A stretch of 32,000 nt of DNA from Nitrososphaerota archaeon (GTDB lineage: Archaea; Thermoproteota; Nitrososphaeria; Nitrososphaerales; UBA57): positions 29,910-61,909 of the forward strand of contig JABUBF010000003.1 in the NCBI GenBank assembly GCA_013306035.1. Direction: 5' to 3'. Positions 1 to 8,882 of this stretch are shown here, one piece after another (position 1 is the first letter of the stretch; each line of letters opens with the position of its first letter). The position numbers were made by a program, and so were the translations under genes. The notes beneath the pieces are model-generated. The model ran no database searches. It was not told where the DNA came from and worked only from the letters and a program-made list of their open reading frames with translations.

Positions 1-611
1 TTCTTAAAGAAGTCGATTCATTACTAGACAAAGCAGATGTTTCTAAAACAGAATATGAAGGTAGATCATACACATATTCTCGTGGAGGACCTACTGGCTG
101 GTTAGACTATAAGAACGCAGCTGAAAAAGCATGGACTGCTCTGTATCAGGCAATTGATGTTTTGTTACATAACAACAACATCAAGTCCCAACATGGTGGA
201 AGAATTGAACATGACAGAGAAATGCCAGAACGCCCAATTCTTGGTCATTATGATCGTAAGCTTGCTTTAATCAAACTTGAGAAAAGTAATCAAGATGTTG
301 CATCAAAGCATCTGTATCAGGCAATTGATGTTTTGTTACATAACAACAACATCAAGTCCCAACATGGTGGAAGAATTGAATATGACAGAGAAATGCCAGA
401 ACGCCCAATTCTTGGTCATTATGATCGTAAGCTTGCTTTAATCAAACTTGAGAAAAGTAATCAAGATGTTGCATCAAAGCATTATTATGATCGTTATGTA
501 TCGATTACTGCTGGTTTAAGAAACAACAGTAATTACTATACAAAACAAGACATCGAACTAGTAAAATGGGAAGCAAGTCGAGTTAAAGATATAATTAACG
601 AATTAAAGTAA
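1..611 (+). CDS. hypothetical protein, 5'-partial (frame open to the window edge; the ORF-track start at 162 is internal)
   Basis: The reading frame starting at base 3 is open to the TAA at 609-611 (LKEVDSLLDKADVSKTEYEG...INELK*). The helical segment AEKAWTALYQAIDVLL is faintly reminiscent of archaeal PaREP1/HEPN-like proteins, unconfirmed. Contains an in-frame 57-codon tandem duplication. Confidence 0.5.
   Translation, partial: LKEVDSLLDKADVSKTEYEGRSYTYSRGGPTGWLDYKNAAEKAWTALYQAIDVLLHNNNIKSQHGGRIEHDREMPERPILGHYDRKLALIKLEKSNQDVASKHLYQAIDVLLHNNNIKSQHGGRIEYDREMPERPILGHYDRKLALIKLEKSNQDVASKHYYDRYVSITAGLRNNSNYYTKQDIELVKWEASRVKDIINELK
141..482. repeat. direct tandem duplication, 2 x 171 bp (141-311 / 312-482), 1 mismatch
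   Basis: The copies are identical base for base except c210 vs t381 (His to Tyr). 171 = 57 codons, so it is in frame. The peptide LYQAIDVLLHNNNIKSQHGGRIE[H/Y]DREMPERPILGHYDRKLALIKLEKSNQDVASKH occurs twice. Confidence 0.97.
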
Positions 612-655
612 TTATATTCTATTAATTCTACTCGAAAACCATTTTAACAATGTTG

Positions 656-690
656 CTGGTGAGTGTGAAACTCACCCAGTAATTTTTTTT
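656..690 (+). terminator. hairpin plus T8 tract between convergent genes
   Basis: Stem ggtgag (658-663) / ctcacc (671-676), 7-nt loop, then tttttttt at 683-690. It lies 45 nt after the + strand stop and just beyond position 693-695, where the minus-strand Hsp70 paralog would stop without the 95-bp duplication. Confidence 0.4.
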
Positions 691-792
691 AACTATAATC
701 CTTCTGTTACTGAATATATTTCTTTTAATTGATCTACAATGTCATTAATGTCAATAATCAATCTACGTAATTCATCGAATTTCTTGTCATCA

Positions 793-982
793 TTCTCAAT
801 TATCTCCATTTTTATAAGTTTCTCAACTTCCACCATCTTTTCATTGAGTTTTCGTGCATCCATCTTGGGTATAATTAATTGTTTTTGTTCTCAATTATCT
901 CCATTTTTGTAAGTTTCTCAACTTCCACCATCTTTTCATTGAGTTTTCGTACATCCATCTTGGGTATAATTAATTGTTTTTG
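793..982. repeat. direct tandem duplication, 2 x 95 bp (793-887 / 888-982), 2 mismatches
   Basis: Period 95 bp, not a multiple of 3. Mismatches are a814/g909 and g856/a951. It covers the 3' end of the minus-strand Hsp70 paralog. Confidence 0.95.
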
Positions 983-2716
983 TATCTTGTGTCCTCGATA
1001 GACTGCCATATCTGCAGTCTTAAGTAACTCTATCGTATTCTTTTTCTTACTATCGTCATACGAATATCTGTCTGCATCCTCCATAGCTTCTTGAACTGAT
1101 GTTTCTTTTACATCCAGGCGGTTTTCTATCGTGATTTCTTTTGACGCTCCACTAGAAGTCTCTCTTGCAGAAACATTAAGAACTCCATTTTCATCAATGT
1201 CAAAGTTTACCATTATCTGAGGAACTCCTCTTTCTCTCTCTGGTATTCCTGATAACGTAAAATTTCCTATCAAAGTATTGTCGTCTGTCATTATTCTTTC
1301 TCCTTGAACTATCTTTACAGCCACTGACTTTTGATTATCTTTTGACGTAGTGAAAATCTGTTTCCTGGAAATTGGAATAGGACTATTTCGTCTAATTAAT
1401 CTCTGTACAGTTCCTGGAGCTGTACCTACGCCTAAAGTCAATGGAGTTACGTCTACCATTTCATATGATATTTTTCCTTGTAATATTGCAGCATTAATTG
1501 CAGCACCATTTGCAACACAAGACATTGGATCTAATCCTTCTTCCGCAGCAGTTTGCATGTAGTCTTCTACTGTTCTTCTTACAAGTGGCATACGCGTTTG
1601 TCCTCCAATCAATATTAATTTATCAATCTCTTTAGCTCCTAACCGTGAATCAAATAATACTGTTTTTATTGTGCCTTCAACACGTTTGACTACTGACATA
1701 GATAGTTGTTCCAATTCTTCCTGAGATAACGTATATTCAAAAGTTGAATTATCATCGGGAAATATGCCCCCCATTTCAATATCCGCTGCTAAATGATAAG
1801 ATAAATGAATCTTTGCTTCTTCTGCAGCAAGTTTCAATCTTGCTTCTACAGAAGGATCAAAAGTTGAATTATCATCGGGAAATATACCCCCCATTTCAAT
1901 ATCCGCTGCTAAATGATAAGATAAATGAATCTTTGCTTCTTCTGCAGCAAGTTTCAATCTTGCTTCTACAGAAGGATCATCAACCTCTTTGTTGTATTTT
2001 TCTTTTATCACTTCTTTAAGTCGATCCACAATTACTTGATCAATATCTGTTCCTCCTGTGTGTGTATCTCCACTTGTCGCGATTACTTTGAACTTATCAT
2101 TTTCTAATAGCATCGTAGTTACATCGTGTGTTCCTCCACCAAACGTAAAGACCATAATATTCATTTTGTCTTTATGTGTAATCTTGTCTAATCCATAAGC
2201 CAAACATGCCGCAGTTGGCTCATTAACAATTCGTATTACGTTTAATCCTGCTAATCTCCCAGCATCTATTGTTGATTGTCTCTGCGCATCGTTAAAATAT
2301 GCAGGAACTGTTATTATCGCATCAGTTATCTCTTTTTCATTCAAGAACTTTTCAGATTCAGTTTTTATTTTTTTAAGTATGTATGAAGAAATTTGCTCTG
2401 GAGTATATTTATAACCATCAATTTCAACTGTTTCCTTGGTTCCCATCTTTCTTTTTATTTCAAGAACTGTATTTTGGGGATTGCTTACGTACTTCTTTTT
2501 CGCTTCTATTCCTACTAGAATTTCATGAGATTTTTTATTAATATAGACAATCGATGGAAACATTTTCTCGACTGAATCAGACATCTTATTATCTGAACTT
2601 TTTATCACCTTTATTTCATCATTGTGATAGACCGCAGCGGCGGAATTTGTTGTACCTAAATCTATTCCAAGTATATATCCGTCTTTATTTTCAATTTCTT
2701 TGTTATTTTTTTCCAA
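875..2716 (-). CDS. divergent Hsp70/DnaK-family paralog (C-terminus altered by the 95-bp duplication; internal 40-codon duplication)
   Basis: Hsp70 motifs [73 protein letters not shown] and [10 protein letters not shown], plus a beta-sandwich substrate-binding region (VKIVQGER...[20 protein letters not shown]). It is clearly distinct from the canonical dnaK at 29069-30958. Confidence 0.85.
   Translation of the reverse strand: MEKNNKEIENKDGYILGIDLGTTNSAAAVYHNDEIKVIKSSDNKMSDSVEKMFPSIVYINKKSHEILVGIEAKKKYVSNPQNTVLEIKRKMGTKETVEIDGYKYTPEQISSYILKKIKTESEKFLNEKEITDAIITVPAYFNDAQRQSTIDAGRLAGLNVIRIVNEPTAACLAYGLDKITHKDKMNIMVFTFGGGTHDVTTMLLENDKFKVIATSGDTHTGGTDIDQVIVDRLKEVIKEKYNKEVDDPSVEARLKLAAEEAKIHLSYHLAADIEMGGIFPDDNSTFDPSVEARLKLAAEEAKIHLSYHLAADIEMGGIFPDDNSTFEYTLSQEELEQLSMSVVKRVEGTIKTVLFDSRLGAKEIDKLILIGGQTRMPLVRRTVEDYMQTAAEEGLDPMSCVANGAAINAAILQGKISYEMVDVTPLTLGVGTAPGTVQRLIRRNSPIPISRKQIFTTSKDNQKSVAVKIVQGERIMTDDNTLIGNFTLSGIPERERGVPQIMVNFDIDENGVLNVSARETSSGASKEITIENRLDVKETSVQEAMEDADRYSYDDSKKKNTIELLKTADMAVYRGHKIQKQLIIPKMDVRKLNEKMVEVEKLTKMEIIENKNN
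1737..1980. repeat. direct tandem duplication, 2 x 120 bp, 1 mismatch
   Basis: 1741-1860 equals 1861-1980 except g1766/a1886 (synonymous Gly) and the last base. The junction has 4-nt tcaa microhomology. 120 = 40 codons, so it is in frame. It duplicates [40 protein letters not shown]. Confidence 0.97.
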
Positions 2717-2778
2717 TATATACTATATTTTTTTAATTATCTATAATAAATATTGTGCAAATTTTCGTTTCCTGAAAT

Positions 2779-3162
2779 CTATTCTGTAACCGGTTCTTGT
2801 TTTAAATAGTAGTCTTTTACAGATTCATAGCATTCTTCACAATATTGATACCCATTAATGAAATGCGTTGACTCACCAAATGAAAGAATTTGGTCTCTAC
2901 ATCTACTACATGATGTCCACGCTTCTGAAAATTGCCTTGGATTAATTCCTTCTCTTGTGATTGCTTCATTTCTATCTTCTCTAGGAAATTTATTATCTTT
3001 CTTTTTGTTTAATTTCCTTGGTTTTACCTTCTTTATTTTTTTATCTTCATTCTCTTGGTCAGTTTCAACAACATTATTCGAATCTTCTAATTGTTCCTTT
3101 ATTTCCTCATTATTTATTTCATTATTTTCTTCTGTCAATCTAAACTGTGATAATATACGCAA
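2779..3162 (-). CDS. hypothetical acidic/lysine-rich protein with C-terminal CxxC-x19-CxxC zinc ribbon
   Basis: 127-codon ORF with a TTG start (3160-3162) and no internal Met. The low-complexity E/N/K-rich N-terminus is followed by WTSCSRCRDQILSFGESTHFINGYQYCEECYE. It lies 62 nt upstream of the Hsp70 paralog on the same strand. Confidence 0.55.
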   Translation of the reverse strand: MRILSQFRLTEENNEINNEEIKEQLEDSNNVVETDQENEDKKIKKVKPRKLNKKKDNKFPREDRNEAITREGINPRQFSEAWTSCSRCRDQILSFGESTHFINGYQYCEECYESVKDYYLKQEPVTE

Positions 3163-3190
3163 TTAGAGATATTTTAACATATTCTAGAAG

Positions 3191-3198
3191 TTATATAA
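3191..3198. promoter_or_regulatory. palindromic TATA-like element shared by divergent genes
   Basis: ttatataa is its own reverse complement. Its centre (3194.5) is exactly midway between the divergent start codons at 3162 (-) and 3227 (+), about 32 nt from each. Confidence 0.35.
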
Positions 3199-3226
3199 AA
3201 TATTAATGTATTATGAAATTGATTAA

Positions 3227-4612
3227 ATGAAGGAAAATCAAATCATTATAGTTTTATTTATTGTTCTCGGGTTATTTGCGGTATATTTCTTCTCTCAATC
3301 TACTTTATTTCAAGAAGAAAATAACGAGATGGAATCTATTCCTTCATTATTACAACCTATAAACCAAGAAATTCCTGTAGTCTCTGAACAATCTAATATA
3401 TCTATACCTGTTCAACCAGAGCCAATTGTCGAAGATGAAGTTGTTTTGGTTGAGGATTCTGATCTTATTAGTAAAAATGAACTCTCCGAACCTGATATAG
3501 ATATTAATATATCAAACACTTTTGCTTGTCCAAAATCGAATTTCTCTCCAAAACCTAATGCCTATGTGATTTACGATATAATTGGGTTGGAACAGCTCTC
3601 TGTGGTATTTAGAGAAACATCTGGAAACGAAGTTAATATCACACTAAGTTTCACGAATACTAATTCCACTTGGTTCATTGCTGATTTGGAATCTCGTGCA
3701 ATAATAGCTGGCCCTGAAGTAGAAATTATAGGAAACGTTCCATTATTCTGGCTGCCTATGTATTATGACATAGGTGATACAATTACAAGTCTCGGAGATA
3801 TTGAACTTAAAGTAGTTTCCGAAGATTCTATGTTGTTTGACAATGAAAATATCAATACCCTTGTTGTTCAAGGAGTCTCTGTTATAGATAATCAAAATAA
3901 TAGATCTGAAAGTATTGTAACATCTTATTATGATAAAAATACTGGTATTCTTCTACAAATTAATGAACAAAGTTCTACATATGAGGGAGAGAATTTAATT
4001 GATCAACAATCAATTAATATAATTAATGTAATTGAAACAAATATTGATTTTAATAATTATTCTGTTGAATTTATCTCACGAGAAATGCCTTTTGAATTTA
4101 ATTCATTTGTAATTTATGAACATGATAATTTTGACTGGAAATTACAATTCTCTATGCTCGATGGTTCTTTTGTTAATATTACTGAAAGTAGAAGTTTCTT
4201 TGAGGATGAATGGGAAGTAATGCGATGGAGAGTTGTAGATCTAAATTGTATAATCATAAAAAACTCGCATACTTCATCATTTGATCAAAATTTTCAAAAT
4301 ACTCCTTATCTTCTTGGAAAATCTTATGAATTTCTTATTCGATCAGATGTCTCCATCGGTGATTATATATTCCCTGCTTACGAAGACATTGGATTAGGTC
4401 TCGACATTTCAGTATTTCGTATCATTGATTTTCGTGAATTCGAGTATAATGGGGAAATATTTGACGTTATAATCATAGAATCCGTTGGTGATGGAGGTCT
4501 AGTTAGAAGATATTTTGATAATCTAACTGGAATAATGTTACTTGAAGAACTTGAATATGAAGGCATTGTAAGACCTATTCTTCGCTTAAAAGAAAGCGGA
4601 CTTAGTGACTAA
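3227..4612 (+). CDS. hypothetical membrane-anchored/secreted protein with two internally homologous domains
   Basis: N-terminal hydrophobic helix IIIVLFIVLGLFAVYFF. Two diverged repeats are visible: NAYVIYDI...VNITLSF...YYDKNTGILLQINEQSSTYEG and NSFVIYEH...VNITESR...YFDNLTGIMLLEELEYEG. I recognise no family. Confidence 0.6.
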   Translation: MKENQIIIVLFIVLGLFAVYFFSQSTLFQEENNEMESIPSLLQPINQEIPVVSEQSNISIPVQPEPIVEDEVVLVEDSDLISKNELSEPDIDINISNTFACPKSNFSPKPNAYVIYDIIGLEQLSVVFRETSGNEVNITLSFTNTNSTWFIADLESRAIIAGPEVEIIGNVPLFWLPMYYDIGDTITSLGDIELKVVSEDSMLFDNENINTLVVQGVSVIDNQNNRSESIVTSYYDKNTGILLQINEQSSTYEGENLIDQQSINIINVIETNIDFNNYSVEFISREMPFEFNSFVIYEHDNFDWKLQFSMLDGSFVNITESRSFFEDEWEVMRWRVVDLNCIIIKNSHTSSFDQNFQNTPYLLGKSYEFLIRSDVSIGDYIFPAYEDIGLGLDISVFRIIDFREFEYNGEIFDVIIIESVGDGGLVRRYFDNLTGIMLLEELEYEGIVRPILRLKESGLSD

Positions 4613-4687
4613 CTCGAATTCTGGATATATTTCTCACAAAACGAGAAATTTAAGTAATCGTTCCAAGTAGGATAATTTGATTAATAG

Positions 4688-6145
4688 TTGCCAAGAGATT
4701 ATGATGTAATTGTTGCCGGTGGTGGAATGACAGGTTTAATCACTGCTACAACAATAGCCAAGTACACTAACCAGACTATGAAAATTCTTGTTATTGACCG
4801 TAATGAAGAAATTAATCCTGCACGAAAGAATATTTCTGGCTGGACTTGCGGAGATGCAGTAAGTAAACGCAGTATTGATTTCTATTCAAAAGAAGTTGGA
4901 ATTACATATGATTATCCTGAGTTAGAACATAAAGTCAAAGGAGTAATTGCTTTCGCTCCTGATCGTAAAACTAAAGTTTCATTTGATGGAGAAGGTTATG
5001 TTCTTAATCGTAAATTATTGGGATTACGTCAAGTTGAAGATGCCAAAAAATTCGGTGTTGAATTTTCCTTTGAAACTGAATCTGATAAATTAGTATTAGA
5101 AAATGGTTTTATTACCGGAGTGGAAATTCTCGACAAAGATAAACAAAGAAAAACACTTACTGCAAAAATTGTTGTAGACGCTACAGGTTCTGCCTCTAAA
5201 CTCCGCCAAAACCTTCCTATTGAGAATTCTTTCATGGAGAAACAAATTGATCGTGAAAATGATATGGAAACTACTGGTAGATATATACTCGAATTTGATA
5301 GAGGTGAAACTGATACATCACTTTTTGACGATGATTATTGTATAATACATCTTAATCAGGATATTGCCCCAGGTGGCTATGCTTGGGTATTCCCAAAATC
5401 AAAAAATAAAGTTAATATCGGACTCGGCGTTCAGAAAAAAAGACTTGTTACACGTAATCAGCGATTAGGTAAAAACGACACTCTTCAAAGTTTAATTGAC
5501 GATTACATTAGTTCAAATACGTCAATTAAGAACTATAGATTATCTTCAGACGATGCCGATTCAGGAAATTCACGAGGAAACTGGCAAGTTCCAGTAAGAA
5601 GGCAAAATGATTGTATGGTGGAAAATGGTTATGTAATAGTTGGAGATGCTGCTTGGTTACCTAGACCAATAGATGCTGGTGGAATAGGACCTGGAATATT
5701 TGCAAGCGTTATTGCTGGTAAAACTATTGCTAATGCATTACAGGCAAAAGACTATAGTCAAAGTAGTTTATGGAATTATAATACTGAATACGTACGAAAT
5801 TATGGTTATCAGATGGCTAGCTTTGAAATACTTCGTAGATTCTTACAAATAGTATTAAATGAAAAAATCAGTTATGGAATGAAACATTTTCTCTCTGCAG
5901 ATGATGTAGAAAAAATTGTTTCCAGAGAACACCCAAGTTTTGATAAAGTAAACATGTTTAATCCTCTTATGCTCTTTAAAATACTCACACATTGGAGTCT
6001 TGCAAAAGAATTACGTTATACTGCAAAAAAAAGTAACGAACTTGTTCGACACAATCAAGCTTATCCTGAATCTCCAGAAAGTTTTCCTGAATGGAAAAAT
6101 AAATTAGATTTACTTCTTAGTGACGCCTACAGTAGGTTCTCTTAA
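4688..6145 (+). CDS. geranylgeranyl reductase family FAD-dependent oxidoreductase (archaeal lipid saturation type)
   Basis: N-terminal dinucleotide-binding fold YDVIVAGGGMTGL...VIDR. Family-typical segments GGYAWVFPK and IVGDAAW are present. TTG start. Confidence 0.75.
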   Translation: MPRDYDVIVAGGGMTGLITATTIAKYTNQTMKILVIDRNEEINPARKNISGWTCGDAVSKRSIDFYSKEVGITYDYPELEHKVKGVIAFAPDRKTKVSFDGEGYVLNRKLLGLRQVEDAKKFGVEFSFETESDKLVLENGFITGVEILDKDKQRKTLTAKIVVDATGSASKLRQNLPIENSFMEKQIDRENDMETTGRYILEFDRGETDTSLFDDDYCIIHLNQDIAPGGYAWVFPKSKNKVNIGLGVQKKRLVTRNQRLGKNDTLQSLIDDYISSNTSIKNYRLSSDDADSGNSRGNWQVPVRRQNDCMVENGYVIVGDAAWLPRPIDAGGIGPGIFASVIAGKTIANALQAKDYSQSSLWNYNTEYVRNYGYQMASFEILRRFLQIVLNEKISYGMKHFLSADDVEKIVSREHPSFDKVNMFNPLMLFKILTHWSLAKELRYTAKKSNELVRHNQAYPESPESFPEWKNKLDLLLSDAYSRFS

Positions 6146-6151
6146 TTTATA

Positions 6152-7831
6152 TCATTGATTATTTTTTAATTCTCTTCGTAGAATTTTTCCAATCAAACTT
6201 TTTGGTAGTTCGTCTCTAAATTCTATCTCTTTAGGAACTTTATATCCTGTTAATTTAGTTCTACAGAATTCAATTAATTCTTCTTCACTTGAAGTTTTTC
6301 CTTCTTTGAAAACTACAAATGCTTTGATATATTCAGATAAATCTTTATTCTTCATTCCTACAGCTGCTGCTTCTAGTACATTTTCATTTTCATAAAGTAC
6401 ATCTTCAACATCCCTTGGATAAACGTTAAATCCAGCTACTTTGATCATATCCTTTTTACGATCAATAATATAAAAATAACCTTCTTCATCCATCTTTCCA
6501 ATATCACCTGTTAACAGCCAATCGTTTTTGATCATATCATCTGTAGCTTTCTTATTTTCCCAATATCCTTTCATTACAATTGGACCTTTTATCGCTATTT
6601 CACCAATTTCATTTACTTTACAAAACTCATTATGATTCTCACTATTCACTATTGCCACATCACACATTGGCAATGGAACACCTATTGATCCAACTTTTGC
6701 TAGATTCATGTCATGAACTGGGTTGAAAGTTACTGCTCCAGTAGTTTCACTTAATCCATATAATTCCACTAGTGGCGACTTTGATTTCTCAACAAATTGT
6801 TTTACTACTGCATCTGGTAATGCCATAGCAGCCGCAAAAGAAATTCTAAGTGACGATAATTCTGATTTTTTCATATTTGGATGATCAATTAATCTTGTAA
6901 ACATGGTAGTAACGCCTGGGAATATTGTAATCTTACTTTTTTCAATTGTTTTTAAAACTTGTTTTTCTTCAAAGCTAGGAAGTAAAACAACTTTGCCACC
7001 AGATCTCATCATTATCATCTGGCCAATAAAACCGAATATGTGAAATAATGGCAGTACTATTAGTGCAGTGTCGTTCTTTTCTCTTAATCTCACCCATTCA
7101 CAAACCATTTCCACTTCTGTTATGATATTTTTATGTGTTAACATTGCACCTTTAGATTTTCCAGTTGTTCCTCCAGTATATTGAAGTGCTGCAACATCCT
7201 CGGATATAGATGTACTTTCTGGTCGTGTAGTATCACCAGAATTCAATACTTCCATAAAATCAATTGTATCATTGAATTTTCTTTTTTTAACTTTAACAAA
7301 CGCTAAACGTTTTTTTATGCCTGGTAGAAATTCCGTAACACTTGTAGTAATTACTTTTTCAATATTGAGATTTCCTCTATTCTCATGGAATCCTTGATAT
7401 AAATCCCTCATTATCGGTTTTTTTATTAAATCTGTGCAAGCAATAACAACCCTTGGTTTTGCATCAAGTAATTGCGATTCAATTTCTGCTGGTGTATAAA
7501 GAAAATTCGTTCCAACTGCAATTGCGTCAGCCTTTAAAATTCCGTACAGTGCAATTGGAAATTGTGGAATATTTGGTAATAAAAGTGCAACACGATCCCC
7601 TTTTTTTACACCTAATTTTATTAACCCATTTGCAAATTTATTTGAAAGTTCATTAATTTCATTATACGTAAAAGTTTTTCCATTATATTCATATGCTATC
7701 TCGCTAGAATATTTCTTGCAAATATTATCTATATAATCTCCAAAAGTTACATCTGGTACATCTATATTGAATTTTAATCCTTCTGGATATTTGTCTAACC
7801 AAATTCTCTCCTGTTCACTAGTATTTGACAT
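6152..7831 (-). CDS. AMP-dependent acyl-CoA synthetase/ligase (long-chain fatty acid-CoA ligase-like)
   Basis: AMP-binding signature LQYTGGTTGKSKGAMLTHKN, then LTGDIGKMDEEGYFYIIDRKKDMIKVAGFNVYP and the C-terminal lysine region GKILRRELK. Confidence 0.85.
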   Translation of the reverse strand: MSNTSEQERIWLDKYPEGLKFNIDVPDVTFGDYIDNICKKYSSEIAYEYNGKTFTYNEINELSNKFANGLIKLGVKKGDRVALLLPNIPQFPIALYGILKADAIAVGTNFLYTPAEIESQLLDAKPRVVIACTDLIKKPIMRDLYQGFHENRGNLNIEKVITTSVTEFLPGIKKRLAFVKVKKRKFNDTIDFMEVLNSGDTTRPESTSISEDVAALQYTGGTTGKSKGAMLTHKNIITEVEMVCEWVRLREKNDTALIVLPLFHIFGFIGQMIMMRSGGKVVLLPSFEEKQVLKTIEKSKITIFPGVTTMFTRLIDHPNMKKSELSSLRISFAAAMALPDAVVKQFVEKSKSPLVELYGLSETTGAVTFNPVHDMNLAKVGSIGVPLPMCDVAIVNSENHNEFCKVNEIGEIAIKGPIVMKGYWENKKATDDMIKNDWLLTGDIGKMDEEGYFYIIDRKKDMIKVAGFNVYPRDVEDVLYENENVLEAAAVGMKNKDLSEYIKAFVVFKEGKTSSEEELIEFCRTKLTGYKVPKEIEFRDELPKSLIGKILRRELKNNQ

Positions 7832-7868
7832 CTATCATATATTGTGCATAATTCCTAATGAATCTTGT

Positions 7869-8882
7869 CTATTTTTTCCGCCTTTTCGACCCTAAAACCC
7901 TTTTTGCACCCAAATAAGCAATTGCTGAAGCTAACAATGTTGAAATCAATAATATAATTAGTAATTCTCTAAACATTGAAGAAGGATTAGGAATTATTGC
8001 GAAGACTGTTGCTAATGTATTCGGAACCAACACAGCTGTGCCCATTACTGTTAACCAAAGAATTATTGTGGAAAGACGATTTGTTATATTTGTTTGAACA
8101 ACATTTACACCAGTTGCTAGAACTTCAAGTACTTGTTCTGCTAATTGAATCTGTCTATCTAAATCTGCTAATATTATATTAAATCTAGATAAAATTTCAT
8201 CTTTATCACTTAACATCTCTGGATCACCATATCTTAATGAATGTACAGTTGTATGTGTCGCCCATATAGCTGTTAAGAATGTAATTATTGATCTCCTTAT
8301 ATTCGACATCTCTTCAGTAATGTCCTCATTCATCGTCCTCTCATCAGTCATTTCAATTTCCAGTGTTTGGGCTTTTTCTACAATCAATCTTAGTGTGTCA
8401 TAATTTCTTTCTGAAATCTCATCAATAATTCTAGCAAATAATATAGTCTGTCTATCTGCCCATAATTCTTTACTATTTGGAAGCTTCTTCATTATTCCTT
8501 CAGCAAATCCAGAAAGACGAAGTAATTTCTCGGCTTCCTCATCGTGTATCGAAATTATCTTGTCTTTTGCAATATAGATTAAAACTGATAGAGAATTCAC
8601 ATTGCCTCCAGAAAACTTGATTAACGGAACAGTAATTCCTAATACTTCTCCTGCATCTTCATAGTTTGAATAATATCCTCCCAGTACAGATGCCGGTTCT
8701 AATGGTATTCCGAATTCTTTCGCAATCTCCTTTGAATCTGTTTTTACATCATCTACTACGCATTCTAACCATGATAAAGAATATTCTTCAATCCTTGATC
8801 TAATATTGCTAATATTTTCTATTGTGTCTTTAACTGGTATCCCGTCTTTTGATATTGCAGCCAGCTTCAGGTTTTTTATCAT
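7869..8882 (-). CDS. CorA-like (MIT superfamily) putative divalent-cation transporter, divergent
   Basis: A large soluble N-terminal domain, long helices, then two C-terminal TM helices and a basic tail (GSKRRKK). The position expected for the GMN signature reads VFAIIPN, so the assignment is tentative. Confidence 0.4.
   Translation of the reverse strand: MIKNLKLAAISKDGIPVKDTIENISNIRSRIEEYSLSWLECVVDDVKTDSKEIAKEFGIPLEPASVLGGYYSNYEDAGEVLGITVPLIKFSGGNVNSLSVLIYIAKDKIISIHDEEAEKLLRLSGFAEGIMKKLPNSKELWADRQTILFARIIDEISERNYDTLRLIVEKAQTLEIEMTDERTMNEDITEEMSNIRRSIITFLTAIWATHTTVHSLRYGDPEMLSDKDEILSRFNIILADLDRQIQLAEQVLEVLATGVNVVQTNITNRLSTIILWLTVMGTAVLVPNTLATVFAIIPNPSSMFRELLIILLISTLLASAIAYLGAKRVLGSKRRKK

Noticed and set aside
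162-164. TTG at 162 as the start of the first gene
   Set aside because: The frame is open all the way to the window edge, so the gene is 5'-partial.
793-982. Tandem copies as terminal repeats or footprints of a mobile element
   Set aside because: The copies are directly adjacent with nothing between them, and I see no transposase, integrase or inverted repeats anywhere in the window.
1350-2107. + strand ORFs 1350-1562, 1744-2019 and 1925-2107 opposite the Hsp70 paralog
   Set aside because: These are antisense shadows. The repeated peptide in 1744-2019 is the 120-bp duplication read on the other strand.
2858-3166. 102-aa + strand ORF opposite the zinc-ribbon gene
   Set aside because: It is hydrophobic, low-complexity sequence typical of the antisense of an E/K/N-rich gene. 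The minus-strand ORF has a Cys4 motif and sensible operon context.
4629-4649. Hairpin atttctc-acaaaac-gagaaat after the 3227-4612 gene as a terminator
   Set aside because: The stem is a weak 7-bp AT-rich one with no following T-tract. This is not enough to call.
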